The translations under genes were made by a program, and so were the position numbers. Of a stretch of 64,000 bases of DNA, positions 18,408-28,695 are shown one piece after another. The stretch is from assembly GCA_002723115.1 (NCBI GenBank), contig PBNL01000024.1, positions 10,101 to 74,100 on the forward strand, written 5' to 3'. A model generated the notes under the pieces. That model ran no database searches and was not told the origin of the DNA. It saw nothing but the letters and a program-made list of their open reading frames with translations. Each line of letters begins with the position of its first letter. The stretch's first letter is position 1. Origin of the DNA: Methanobacteriota archaeon (GTDB lineage: Bacteria; Bacteroidota; Bacteroidia; Flavobacteriales_D; Sanyastnellaceae).

Positions 18408-19277
18408 CTATTTTTTACTGAGCTTTTTAAGCTGGGCTGCAAAGTAAACACTTTTATCAGGGTATTTCAAGGCCAAAAGCTTAAATGCTTTTCTCGCTCT
18501 ACTCATTTGACCCTGTTTAGCATAAAGTTTGGCCATCGTTTCTGTTACTAAACTAGCATCCTCTTCAAGTCCTTTTGACGCCCATTCTTGAACAGGAGAA
18601 TCTACATCTCTAACCTTTCCAATCTGAGGATTATCCTTTGAAAGGAAGGCGTCAATAATTGCCGCAGCACCACGTTCTACACGGTCTTTAGACTTTTTAG
18701 ACTTACCAAAATCAGTCGCCTTAGCTCTATTTGCCAACCACTTACCAAACAATGATTCAGCACTTCCTCCTGCTCTAATTTGAGGTTCCTCTGTGTCAAA
18801 TCCTGAAGTAGATGTTTCACTTTCTGAGTCTTCTAAAATTTCTTCGGAAAAAATTTCAGGAGTGTCTTCTTCAAGGATCGATGAAATTGCTTCAACAACC
18901 TCTTCTCTTTCTTGTGCAATTATCTCTGATGGAGCTTGCTTATCATCATCTACTGGATGCCAAACCAAATCAATTAGCTCATCCTCACTGACTTCATCAA
19001 GATTTTCGATTTCTTGTTGAACAGCCTTTGCTTGTTCTACAAAATGTTCAGAAAACATAAGGTCAAAGAGAGCTTTTCTCGATGAGCAATGTGCAGCTGC
19101 AGCAAGTAAATCCTTTCTTTGATCAAGATGTCCTGATTCCTTTGAAGCCTTAGCGAGCAACATTCTAAAAGGACCACTGTAGGGGTAATCCTCGACCAAC
19201 TTTGCTATCTCATCCCGCCTTTCAGCAAGGGAAGAGTTATCAAGTGTCATTAACTCGTTTAGCTTTTCTACATTCAT
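18408..19277 (-). CDS. hypothetical protein with acidic linker and C-terminal TPR-like helix pair
   Basis: 289 aa with a central E/D/S-rich low-complexity region and a C-terminal AKLYAKQGQMSRARKAFKLLALKYPD. Confidence 0.4.
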   Translation of the reverse strand: MNVEKLNELMTLDNSSLAERRDEIAKLVEDYPYSGPFRMLLAKASKESGHLDQRKDLLAAAAHCSSRKALFDLMFSEHFVEQAKAVQQEIENLDEVSEDELIDLVWHPVDDDKQAPSEIIAQEREEVVEAISSILEEDTPEIFSEEILEDSESETSTSGFDTEEPQIRAGGSAESLFGKWLANRAKATDFGKSKKSKDRVERGAAAIIDAFLSKDNPQIGKVRDVDSPVQEWASKGLEEDASLVTETMAKLYAKQGQMSRARKAFKLLALKYPDKSVYFAAQLKKLSKK

Positions 19278-19278
19278 C

Positions 19279-19767
19279 TTACCAATTCCCTAAGCTAGCG
19301 TTAAAAATGTCTTGAGAGAGTAATGCTGAAATTTCCTCAACAACTAAATCTGTGTTCGAATGTATGTCCTGGTTACTTGACAAATCGTAAAACCTACTGA
19401 ACTTCCTTTGAAAACTTAAATTCTCATCAATTGTGTTTGTGAAAATTGCATCAACTGTAATTGTAACTCTATTTGCACCTGCAGTTTCATTTCCTTGAAC
19501 ATTAACCGGCTGAACAGTCCACCCAATCACCTTGCCTTCGAATTTCAATTCACCGTTATCTGTAAGTTGAAGTGTTGATTGTCTCTGAACTCTATCAATC
19601 AATGCCTCAGATATAGTTATTGCAGTTGAAGCAGAAACTAATGGATGAACAGTTTCAAAATATTCAACCGAAAACGATGAAGCTCCTGATGTAGCAGCAC
19701 CGTAAGGAGAGTAAATTCGGCAGCTAGCAAAAACTAATGACAGAAATAATGCTTGAATTATTTTCAT
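19279..19767 (-). CDS. LptE-like lipoprotein
   Basis: 162 aa with a lipobox (LVFASC). Size and position next to the sigma-54 activator and miaB match the conserved Bacteroidota arrangement as I recall it. Confidence 0.5.
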   Translation of the reverse strand: MKIIQALFLSLVFASCRIYSPYGAATSGASSFSVEYFETVHPLVSASTAITISEALIDRVQRQSTLQLTDNGELKFEGKVIGWTVQPVNVQGNETAGANRVTITVDAIFTNTIDENLSFQRKFSRFYDLSSNQDIHSNTDLVVEEISALLSQDIFNASLGNW

Positions 19768-20972
19768 TATTTCAAGTCGTATTCTTTGATTTTTCTGTAG
19801 AGTGTTCGTTCAGAAATTCCCAATTCAGCAGCTGCAAGTTTCCTCTTGTTTTTATGCTTGTCCAAAGCTTTTATGATAAGTTCTTTTTCTGATGCTATCA
19901 AACTCAAACTTGGCTCAACTTCAATGACATCATGAACTGAGTTACCGTCGAACTTTACTGGTAAATTAGAAATTTCATCTTCAGAAAACGCTCTCTTTAC
20001 TGCAACTTGATCTTCATGTGAGATTTGGCCTCCTTTATTCATAATGTCGAGAACTACTCTCTTCAAATCATCCAACTCTCCTTTCAAATCAAAAAGCACT
20101 TTGTAAAGCATCTCCTTCTCATTAGCACCAGCCTCACCTTGCTCAAAACCATCGCTTCCAGCTGTTACCCTAACAGGTAATCTTGACCTATGTGTTTCAG
20201 GCAAATAACTCAACATTGTATCTGCATCAACCCTCCTTTCAGTTTCTAAAACAGACATTTGCTCAGTAACGTGCTTTAGTTGTCGAATATTACCAGGCCA
20301 TGGGTAGTCCCCAAGCAAATCTACTGCTTCTGGAGTTAGGGAAAGAGGTGGCATTCTGTGCATCTCACTGAAATCAGTTGTGAATTTTCTGAACAACAAA
20401 TGGATGTCATCTGCTCTCTCTCGTAACGGCGGCATATTAATCGGAACTTGGTTAAGCCTGTAGTACAAGTCCTCTCTAAACTTTCCTTTTGAAAAGGCTT
20501 CCTGAAAATCTACGTTGGTCGCAGCTACAACTCTTACATCAGTTGTTTGGGTTTGTGACGACCCTACTTTCATAAACTCCCCAGACTCTAAAACCCTAAG
20601 CAATCTTACTTGAGTTGTCATAGGTAATTCAGCTACTTCATCAAGGAAGATTGTACCACCATCCGCTTCTTCAAAATATCCTTTTCTAGATTCAGTTGCT
20701 CCAGTAAAAGCTCCTTTTACGTGACCAAACAACTCTGAATCAATCGTACCCTCTGGAATCGCTCCGCAATTGACAGCTATGTATTTTCCGTGTTTTCTTG
20801 AACTGAATTGATGAACTATCCTAGGCATAGTTTCTTTACCCGTTCCACTTTCTCCGAGAATGAGTACTGACAAATCAGTAGGTGCCACTTGAGCAGCAAC
20901 GAAGATCGCCCTATCTAGTGCTGGGCAATTTCCGATAACTCCAAAACGCTGCTTTATGGCTGTTGAATTCAT
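19767..20972 (-). CDS. sigma-54-dependent transcriptional activator (AAA+ plus Fis-type HTH, no receiver domain)
   Basis: Has GESGTGKE Walker A, the GAFTGA loop (VKGAFTGA) and a C-terminal HTH ([19 protein letters not shown]). The AAA+ core starts within ~20 aa of the N-terminus. Confidence 0.85.
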   Translation of the reverse strand: MNSTAIKQRFGVIGNCPALDRAIFVAAQVAPTDLSVLILGESGTGKETMPRIVHQFSSRKHGKYIAVNCGAIPEGTIDSELFGHVKGAFTGATESRKGYFEEADGGTIFLDEVAELPMTTQVRLLRVLESGEFMKVGSSQTQTTDVRVVAATNVDFQEAFSKGKFREDLYYRLNQVPINMPPLRERADDIHLLFRKFTTDFSEMHRMPPLSLTPEAVDLLGDYPWPGNIRQLKHVTEQMSVLETERRVDADTMLSYLPETHRSRLPVRVTAGSDGFEQGEAGANEKEMLYKVLFDLKGELDDLKRVVLDIMNKGGQISHEDQVAVKRAFSEDEISNLPVKFDGNSVHDVIEVEPSLSLIASEKELIIKALDKHKNKRKLAAAELGISERTLYRKIKEYDLK

Positions 20973-22384
20973 GCTTCAGCTTCTTCGTTTGTAATTACAC
21001 CAAACAATGTAATTGACGTGCAATCAGTAGTTTTCACGTTTACATACTCTCCAACTTTAGCATTTTCCTTTGGGAAAATCACCATTGTGTTATGAGTTGT
21101 CCTTCCGCAGTATTCTTCAGGATTCTTCTTACTCGGTCCTTCAACAAGTACCTTGTATGTTCTTCCAACTAATCCTGACGTTCTCTTTAATGCCTCATTT
21201 CTTTGAACGCTAATAATCTCAGCCAGTCTTGCACTTTTTACATCCTCTGGAATGTCATCCTCAAATTTTCTTTCAGCGAGAGTTCGTGGACGTTCGCTGT
21301 ATTTAAAGTGATATGCCATGATAAAGCCTACTTCCTTAAGAAGGCTAAGTGTTTCAGCATGTTCCTCCTCTGTTTCTCCGCAGAATCCAGCAATAATATC
21401 CGTAGATAATTCGCAGTCAGGGATAATTCTCTTGATGGCTGCGATTCTATCCATGTACCATTCTCTTGTGTAGCCTCTGTTCATGCGTTTTAGCATGCTG
21501 CTGGCACCAGATTGAACTGGTAAGTGTATGTATTTACAAAGGTTTTCGTACTTAGCAATTGCATGTAGCACGTCATCTGTCATGTCCTTTGGATGGCTAG
21601 TTGAAAAACGCACTCTCAAGTCTGGATGAACTTGAGCAACCATTTCTAACAGTTCAGCAAATCTTACGACTGGCTTACTTTCATCTTTGATGACTCCTTT
21701 CTTGTCTATGTTCCATTTGTATGAATCGACGTTTTGGCCTAAAAGAGTTACCTCTCTATATCCTTTGCTGTACAAGTCTTGAGCTTCTGCAACAATGCTT
21801 TGGGGATCTCTACTTCTTTCCCTACCCCTTGTAAATGGAACTACACAGAAGGAGCACATATTATCGCATCCACGCATGATGCTTATGAATGCCGTAACAC
21901 CTGAGTTATCTAAACGTACTGGGCTAATCTCAGCATACGTTTCTTCTCTTGATAGAAGTACGTTTACTGATTTTTGGCCTCCCTCAACTTTCTGAATCAA
22001 ATTTGGAAGATCTCTGTAGGCATCGGGGCCAACTACAAGGTCTACAAGCTTTTCCTCTTCTAGCAATTTATCTTTTAAACGCTCTGCCATACAGCCTAAC
22101 ATTCCAACAACTAAGCTTGGGTTTTGTCTCTTATACTTTTTAAAATTCGTAAGTCTATTTCTAACTCTTTCCTCTGCTTTCTCACGAATAGAGCAAGTAT
22201 TGATCAGAATTAAATCTGCTTCCTTCTCCTCTCTAGTTGTCGAATATCCATCCTCTGCTAAAATTGATGCTATAATTTCTGAATCTGAAAAATTCATAGC
22301 ACATCCATAGCTTTCTAGAAATAGTTTTTTACCATTTCCTTTTCCTTCGAGTACGAGGGCTTCACCCTGTCGTGACTCGTCCAT
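20969..22384 (-). CDS. miaB: tRNA-i6A37 methylthiotransferase
   Basis: Has the [11 protein letters not shown]-terminal cluster, radical-SAM [11 protein letters not shown] and a TRAM C-terminus. Met8 (22384) is preferred as the start because a TAnnTTTG box sits at 22416-22423. The alternative start is 22405. Confidence 0.9.
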   Translation of the reverse strand: MDESRQGEALVLEGKGNGKKLFLESYGCAMNFSDSEIIASILAEDGYSTTREEKEADLILINTCSIREKAEERVRNRLTNFKKYKRQNPSLVVGMLGCMAERLKDKLLEEEKLVDLVVGPDAYRDLPNLIQKVEGGQKSVNVLLSREETYAEISPVRLDNSGVTAFISIMRGCDNMCSFCVVPFTRGRERSRDPQSIVAEAQDLYSKGYREVTLLGQNVDSYKWNIDKKGVIKDESKPVVRFAELLEMVAQVHPDLRVRFSTSHPKDMTDDVLHAIAKYENLCKYIHLPVQSGASSMLKRMNRGYTREWYMDRIAAIKRIIPDCELSTDIIAGFCGETEEEHAETLSLLKEVGFIMAYHFKYSERPRTLAERKFEDDIPEDVKSARLAEIISVQRNEALKRTSGLVGRTYKVLVEGPSKKNPEEYCGRTTHNTMVIFPKENAKVGEYVNVKTTDCTSITLFGVITNEEAEA

Positions 22385-22415
22385 TGTTTTGTCTCCTGAT
22401 CTCATAATCCAGGTG

Positions 22416-22423
22416 CAAAGTTA
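22416..22423 (-). promoter_or_regulatory. candidate -7 promoter box (TAACTTTG) for miaB
   Basis: The plus strand reads CAAAGTTA. The reverse complement fits TAnnTTTG. Confidence 0.35.
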
Positions 22424-22551
22424 ACGTCTTAATCGATGGGTGACAAATTGTCACCCCTAAAGGGGTACCCCTAATCTGAGAAAAACTTCTTCCTAACAAG
22501 GTGTAAATCGAGAAGAGATTTTTATTTCTTTGCCGTCGAAATTTTGATGTC

Positions 22552-24879
22552 ATGCCAAAAAATCTTGTGATAGTCGAGTCGCCTGCTAAGGCCAAAACAA
22601 TTGAAGGATACCTAGGAAAGGACTTTGTAGTAAAGTCTAGTTTTGGTCACATTAGAGATCTCCCAAAGGGAAACAATGCGATAGACATCGAAAATGATTT
22701 TACTCCTAACTACGAGATTAGTGCTGATAAAAAGCAAGTAATTAGCGACCTTAAAAAAGAGGTGAAGAAAACTGAGGTTGTTTGGCTTGCAACGGATGAG
22801 GACCGCGAGGGAGAAGCTATTTCATGGCACCTAGTAGAGGCGTTGAAACTTAAGCCTGAAAACACAAAGCGTATTGTATTTCACGAGATTACAAAATCAG
22901 CAATCTTAAAAGCAATTGAGAATCCTCGTAGCGTAAATAAAAATTTAGTTGACGCTCAACAAGCGCGTAGAGTATTAGATCGTTTAGTTGGATTCGAGCT
23001 TAGCCCCATTCTTTGGAGGAAAGTAAAACAAGGACTTAGTGCTGGTAGGGTTCAAAGTGTTGGTGTGAGAATCATCATAGATAGAGAGAGAGAAATTTTA
23101 GCTCACAAAGCTTCTTCAAAATTCAGAGTTGTAGGAGAATTTACTACTCAAGCTGGAAAACTTGTGAAAGCTGAGTGTAAGAAAAGGTTTGAGACTGAGG
23201 GTGAGGCTGAAAAATTCTTGGAAGCTTGCTCGGGGAGTACACATAAGGTTTGGGCTTTAGAAACAAAGCCAGCAAAGAAGAAACCAACTGCTCCATTTAC
23301 TACTTCAACTCTACAACAGGAGGCATCAAGAAAACTTGGCTTTTCGGTACAACGCACAATGTCTGTAGCCCAAAAACTATACGAAGCAGGGCTTATAACA
23401 TACATGAGAACAGATTCTGTTATACTAAGTGATCAGGCTTTGGATAGTGCAGCAAGTGCTATCGCTGAAAATTACGGTGACGAGTATTGCCAACGCAGAA
23501 CATACACAAATAAGAATTCAAGCGCTCAGGAGGCTCACGAAGCAATAAGACCTACAGATTTCACTAAGAGCAAACACAGTGGAACTGCAGATCAAGAAAA
23601 ATTGTATGGGCTGATTTGGCGAAGAGGTATTGCATCTCAAATGGCGGACGCTAGGCTTGAGAAAACTACTGCTACAATTGATATTTCAGGGTCTGATGAA
23701 AAGTTTGTAGCAAAGGGAGAAGTTGTAACATTTGAGGGCTTTTTAAAGGTGTACTTAGAGGGAACAGACGACGAAAATGACGATGAAGCAAAAGGCCTAT
23801 TACCTGCTATGGTTCAGGGTGAGAATATGGATAGAAAAACCATAGTTGCTACACAAAGATTTGCAAACCACCCTCCTAGGTACACAGAAGCAAGCTTGGT
23901 GAAAAAGCTAGAGGAACTAGGTATTGGTCGTCCGTCTACATACGCATCAACGATTAGCACTATCCAAAACCGTGGCTACGTCCACATGCCAGACAGAGAA
24001 GGAACAAAAAGAGAATACAGAGTTCTAACTCTTGATGGTACTGAACTCAGTTCTGAAACTGCTGTTGAGAATACTGGTGCTGAAAAGAATAAGCTTGCTC
24101 CAACAGACATTGGCAAGGTTGTAAACGACTTTTTGATTGAGCATTTTGGAGACATCTTGGAATACAACTTTACAGCTGACGTAGAGAAAAAATTCGATGT
24201 TATAGCTAGTGGCAAAGACAACTGGCAGGATATGATTAGAGAGTTCTACAAGCCATTTAAAGTGAAGGTAGATACCACTCTAGAAACTGCAGAGAGAGCC
24301 TCAGGGGAAAGAATTCTTGGAGTTGACCCTGATTCTGGAAAGCAAGTACTTGTGAGGATTGGAAGATTTGGTCCTATGGCTCAATTAGGGAAGGCAGATG
24401 ATGAGGATAAGAGATTTTCATCGCTTAGAGCAGGCCAAACCCTCGATTCAATCACACTTGATGATACTCTCCTTTTATTTAAACTTCCTAGAGATTTAGG
24501 TGAGTTTGAAGGCAAAAAAGTCGTAACTGACATAGGACGATTTGGTCCATATGTTAGACACGATGGAAAATTCATCAGCATCAAGAAAGGAACAGAGGAT
24601 GATCCATACACTTTAGAATTAAATAGAGCTATCGAGTTGATTGAGGCCAAAAGAGCTGCAGATGCTGCTGCATTGCTTGTAGTATTTGAAGAAGACCCGG
24701 ATGTTCGCATCATAGAAGGCCGCTGGGGTCCTTACATAAAAGCAGGGAAAATGAATGTGAAAATCCCTAAAGGTGAGGACTACAATACAATTGACTGGAA
24801 AAGGGCCCAAGAGCTAATTGAAGAACACTCAAAACGCCCGGCCACAAAGAGAAAGAGAGGAAAAGCAAAGCAGAAATAA
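22552..24879 (+). CDS. topA: DNA topoisomerase I
   Basis: 775 aa with a Toprim start (LVIVESPAKAKTIEGYLG), the active-site region GLITYMRTDS and a basic C-terminal tail. Confidence 0.95.
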   Translation: MPKNLVIVESPAKAKTIEGYLGKDFVVKSSFGHIRDLPKGNNAIDIENDFTPNYEISADKKQVISDLKKEVKKTEVVWLATDEDREGEAISWHLVEALKLKPENTKRIVFHEITKSAILKAIENPRSVNKNLVDAQQARRVLDRLVGFELSPILWRKVKQGLSAGRVQSVGVRIIIDREREILAHKASSKFRVVGEFTTQAGKLVKAECKKRFETEGEAEKFLEACSGSTHKVWALETKPAKKKPTAPFTTSTLQQEASRKLGFSVQRTMSVAQKLYEAGLITYMRTDSVILSDQALDSAASAIAENYGDEYCQRRTYTNKNSSAQEAHEAIRPTDFTKSKHSGTADQEKLYGLIWRRGIASQMADARLEKTTATIDISGSDEKFVAKGEVVTFEGFLKVYLEGTDDENDDEAKGLLPAMVQGENMDRKTIVATQRFANHPPRYTEASLVKKLEELGIGRPSTYASTISTIQNRGYVHMPDREGTKREYRVLTLDGTELSSETAVENTGAEKNKLAPTDIGKVVNDFLIEHFGDILEYNFTADVEKKFDVIASGKDNWQDMIREFYKPFKVKVDTTLETAERASGERILGVDPDSGKQVLVRIGRFGPMAQLGKADDEDKRFSSLRAGQTLDSITLDDTLLLFKLPRDLGEFEGKKVVTDIGRFGPYVRHDGKFISIKKGTEDDPYTLELNRAIELIEAKRAADAAALLVVFEEDPDVRIIEGRWGPYIKAGKMNVKIPKGEDYNTIDWKRAQELIEEHSKRPATKRKRGKAKQK

Positions 24880-24965
24880 CAATTCATTGTGTACTCTATT
24901 CTAATTTTCGCGTAAATCGAGTGTCTTGCAGGGCGTTATTGTGCCCATCTGTATGAACGACACTC

Positions 24966-26138
24966 ATGAGCGAAAAGATATTTGAGTTATTACAGCCGAT
25001 TGACAATCCTTTCTACGGAAATCCAGAGGGTTCAGCCAGGATAGCCGATAGAATTGATATGCATAGATTCGACCACAAACCTGAGGTTGAGGGGTGTCGT
25101 ATTGCTATAATTGGCGTAAATGATGGTAGAAATAGCGGAGATAATGAAGGGTGTTCAGGTGGACCATCTGCAATAAGAGATCATCTTTACAAGCTAACAC
25201 CTCATTCACGCTGGGCTGAGACAGCTGATTTAGGTGATATTAAAACTTCATTCTCTGAGGATGAGACAGAAGCTGCTTTAATTACAGTAGTTTCAGAATT
25301 GATTCAAATGGGAATTATTCCTATTGTGCTAGGCGGAGGCCAAGATCTAACATACGCAATGTATTCGGCTTTAGAGAGTTTTGGTAGACCCATGAATGTT
25401 GTTACTGTTGATCAAAGACTCGATTTTGGTGGCGATCCACAAGTTTCTACATCTAGGAATTATATGAACAGAGTTGTCCTTCACGAACCAAACTATTTAT
25501 TTGATTACGTAAATGTTGGTCATCAGGGATATTTATCCGACCCAGACACTCTAGAACTGTTAGAAAAACTACAGTTTGAAGCAATCAGACTAGGTCAAGT
25601 TCACTCAAACCCCAAACTTTTAGAACCTACGTTTAGAAATGCAGATTTGATTTCAATCGATATGGGTTCGATAAGAGCTGCTGATCATCCAGCTTCTGTT
25701 CATGCAGGACCCAACGGAATAACAGCATCTCAAATTTGCCAAATTGCTAGATACGCAGGTCTTAGCGACAGAATGCTTGCACTTGGTTTGTTTGAGCACA
25801 ACCCAGATTTAGATGATAGAGGAAGAGGTGCACAATTGTCTGCACAAGTGGTATGGCATATGATGGATGGAATCTTTTATCAACCAGGAGATCACCCCAA
25901 GTGTAGCGCAGATGAATACACTAGGTATGTGGTTGATTTACCGGGAAATGACCACGAAGTTGCCTTTTATAAATCACCCAGAAGTGATCGATGGTGGATG
26001 GATGTACCTATCCCAACTTCAAAGAAAAACAACAAGGATCACCACCACCTTGTTCCTTGCTCATATGAGGACTATGAAGAGGCTGCAAGCGGTCAATTAC
26101 CTGATAGATGGTGGAGGACATATCAAAAGTTAGCATGA
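24966..26138 (+). CDS. arginase/formimidoylglutamase family protein
   Basis: 390 aa with ureohydrolase-like segments (IPIVLGGGQDLTYA, ISIDMGSIRAAD). The assignment is at family level only. Confidence 0.6.
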   Translation: MSEKIFELLQPIDNPFYGNPEGSARIADRIDMHRFDHKPEVEGCRIAIIGVNDGRNSGDNEGCSGGPSAIRDHLYKLTPHSRWAETADLGDIKTSFSEDETEAALITVVSELIQMGIIPIVLGGGQDLTYAMYSALESFGRPMNVVTVDQRLDFGGDPQVSTSRNYMNRVVLHEPNYLFDYVNVGHQGYLSDPDTLELLEKLQFEAIRLGQVHSNPKLLEPTFRNADLISIDMGSIRAADHPASVHAGPNGITASQICQIARYAGLSDRMLALGLFEHNPDLDDRGRGAQLSAQVVWHMMDGIFYQPGDHPKCSADEYTRYVVDLPGNDHEVAFYKSPRSDRWWMDVPIPTSKKNNKDHHHLVPCSYEDYEEAASGQLPDRWWRTYQKLA

Positions 26139-26217
26139 TGGTATCTAAAAATTTCGTATCTTGCCACACTTCGGGTAATACCCAAACCTGTGAAACCTTT
26201 GAAATCAACGAGTTAAC

Positions 26218-27186
26218 ATGATTCGTAACTACATATTATCCTTTGCATTTGTAATGCTGGCGTCATTCATGAACGCGCAGCAGGATCCTCAGTTCACACA
26301 GTGGTACATGGATCCAGTTGTAAATAACATTGGTGCGGCTGGTCAATCTAACCTGTCTAACATCAGCACTTTTTACAGACAGCAATGGGTGGGCATAAAC
26401 CATAGCCCAGTTACATACTTATTGAATTTTGATTCTAGATTCAATGATGGTCCTTTTGGCATTGGAGTTCAACTTTATCAAGACGAAATCGGAAATGAAA
26501 GCAATACGATGATCAAACTTGGTCCTTCGTACACTTTCAACCCAAATTCATCTGGAACTAAATTCAGTTTAGGCCTTTCAGCTTCTATTTTCTCTAAGAA
26601 AATCGGGCACGTATACGATTGGATTCCACCTGACACACCAGTTAATGACGACGGTGCTATTCCAAACGGTACGCAATCTGACCTCGCTGTAGATGTTGAT
26701 TTTGGGTTCTTCATGAGAAATTCTGATAGATTCTACGCAGGATTATCAACAACGCATTTAGCTCAAACTGTATTCCAAGATTTGAGCATTCGCCCTTCTC
26801 GCCACTATTACTTAATGGGTGGCTATAACTTTGACTTAAGTGGCGACCAACTAGTACTTAGAACAAACTTTCTTTCAAAAACTGATTTAGCTGCAACTGC
26901 TATTGATTTTAACGTCAATGTTTTGATCAATGAAATGCTTTGGGCTGGGATTTCTTACCGTCCTGGAGATGCTGTTGCTCCTGTTCTTGGTTACCAGCTT
27001 AGAATGGAAAAGCAAGAGCAGATTACTTCTAGTGAGCAATTCCTAAGAATTGGATACTCTTATGATGTAACTACTTCTGAATTACAGACTTACTCTCAAG
27101 GATCACACGAAATTTTCCTTTCGTATGCTTTCTTATTCAAGTCTACTCCTATCCAAAACAAATTTGCTAATCCACGTTTCTTATAA
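26218..27186 (+). CDS. T9SS membrane protein, PorP/SprF family
   Basis: 322 aa with a signal peptide followed by the QQDPQFTQWYM signature. It lies immediately upstream of gldK. Confidence 0.8.
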   Translation: MIRNYILSFAFVMLASFMNAQQDPQFTQWYMDPVVNNIGAAGQSNLSNISTFYRQQWVGINHSPVTYLLNFDSRFNDGPFGIGVQLYQDEIGNESNTMIKLGPSYTFNPNSSGTKFSLGLSASIFSKKIGHVYDWIPPDTPVNDDGAIPNGTQSDLAVDVDFGFFMRNSDRFYAGLSTTHLAQTVFQDLSIRPSRHYYLMGGYNFDLSGDQLVLRTNFLSKTDLAATAIDFNVNVLINEMLWAGISYRPGDAVAPVLGYQLRMEKQEQITSSEQFLRIGYSYDVTTSELQTYSQGSHEIFLSYAFLFKSTPIQNKFANPRFL

Positions 27187-27247
27187 TATCCTATTACTTA
27201 AAAACGTATATTAGTTACCACCTGCAAACGAAATTAAAACACTCAAT

Positions 27248-28615
27248 ATGAAAAAGTTCCTTCTGTTTTTCATGGCACCAGTACTGCTTGCTGGATGTTA
27301 CATGGGACCCCAGGGTGAGCTAGTAGGGGTTCAACCCCGTGAATACTGGGACCAAGCTAATCCTTATGGCATGAACTACATCCACTTTGGCTCATTTACA
27401 ATGGGGCCAAGTGATCAAGATGTGCCCTATGCTTTGAACACAAGATCTAAGACGGTTACAATACCGGCTTTCTACATGGACATCCACGAAATTTCGAATA
27501 ACGAGTATCGTCAATTCGTAAATTATGTTCGTGATTCTCTGTTCTTGAACACTCTAGCAGAAAATGATGATGATAGATACTTCTTTGCTGAAAATGCTGC
27601 TGGTCAAGAATTAGATCGTTTCATTGATAAAGGATACATCCTTAATTGGGAAGAGCCTATTGATTGGACTGATGAAGACATCTTCGATTTATTGTATGAT
27701 GAATACTACCTTCAAGGGTCAGACAGATTCTACAATAGAAAAGAAATTGATACTAGAAAGCTGAATTACAGATACTACTGGTTCAACTTAGAACAAGCAT
27801 CTGCAAAGCAAAGTCGTGACGAAGAGTACGGTGAAGTAAATGAACTAAACCAATTACACTCTGTACGTCGTTACTCAGATAGATCTCAATTCGTTGTTGA
27901 AGAAACTATTAACGTATACCCAGATACTTTAGTTTGGATTCATGATTATGCATATGCATACAATGAGCCTCTTGCTGAAAACTACTTCTGGCACCCAGCA
28001 TATGGCGACTACCCAGTTGTTGGTGTTACTTGGGGACAGGCAGTAGCTTTCAATGCATGGAGAACTCAAATCATGAATGAATGGAAGGAAAAGAATGGTG
28101 AGACATACATTCAGAAATTCAGACTTCCTTCTGAAGCAGAGTGGGAATATGCTGCTCGTGGAGGTAGAGATTTAGCTCCATATCCATGGGGCGGACCTTA
28201 TATCAGAAATGATCAGGGTTGTGTACTTGCAAACTTCAAGCCTATGCGTGGTGATTACGTAGAGGATGCAAATGCTTACACAGCTCCAGTTGAATCATAC
28301 AGTCCAAACGATTTTGGTCTATTTAATATGGCTGGAAACGTTGCCGAGTGGACTAATACAGCTTTTGATGAAACTGTATACGATTTCGCATTTGATTTAG
28401 CACCGGATTATGTTTACCACGCTAAAGTGGATGATCCACCTGCACTGCATAGAAAAGTAACACGTGGCGGATCTTGGAAAGACATCGGTTACTACTGTCA
28501 AACTGGAACTCGTTCATTTGAGTACAGTGACACTGCTAAAGCATTCATCGGATTTAGATCTGTAATGTCATACCTAGGACGTGGAAAATCAGGTCCTAAG
28601 GATGAATGGAACTAA
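27248..28615 (+). CDS. gldK: gliding motility/T9SS lipoprotein GldK (PorK)
   Basis: Has the lipobox LLAGC and an FGE-sulfatase/SUMF1-like domain (RLPSEAEWEYAARGG ... NVAEWT ... RGGSW). It is the first gene of the K-L-M-N order. Confidence 0.9.
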   Translation: MKKFLLFFMAPVLLAGCYMGPQGELVGVQPREYWDQANPYGMNYIHFGSFTMGPSDQDVPYALNTRSKTVTIPAFYMDIHEISNNEYRQFVNYVRDSLFLNTLAENDDDRYFFAENAAGQELDRFIDKGYILNWEEPIDWTDEDIFDLLYDEYYLQGSDRFYNRKEIDTRKLNYRYYWFNLEQASAKQSRDEEYGEVNELNQLHSVRRYSDRSQFVVEETINVYPDTLVWIHDYAYAYNEPLAENYFWHPAYGDYPVVGVTWGQAVAFNAWRTQIMNEWKEKNGETYIQKFRLPSEAEWEYAARGGRDLAPYPWGGPYIRNDQGCVLANFKPMRGDYVEDANAYTAPVESYSPNDFGLFNMAGNVAEWTNTAFDETVYDFAFDLAPDYVYHAKVDDPPALHRKVTRGGSWKDIGYYCQTGTRSFEYSDTAKAFIGFRSVMSYLGRGKSGPKDEWN

Positions 28616-28695
28616 ATCTGAACTCAAAGAAAATTTTTACCTAGCACCCTATAACTCAATGTTATAGGAACAAATTGAAACAAATCCTACAAGAA

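Noticed and set aside
22362-22595. 77-aa minus-strand ORF spanning the miaB-topA intergenic region.
   Set aside because: It runs across the palindromes, the candidate promoter and the topA start. It overlaps both flanking genes and has no supporting features.
27271-27286. Good sigma-54 promoter-like match TGGCACCAGTACTGCT (GG-N10-GC spacing), noted because a sigma-54 activator is encoded nearby.
   Set aside because: It lies 24 nt inside gldK, within the codons for the lipoprotein signal peptide (FMAPVLLAGC). A transcript started here would lack the gldK start. It is most likely a coincidence of codon sequence and would need experimental 5'-end mapping to revive.
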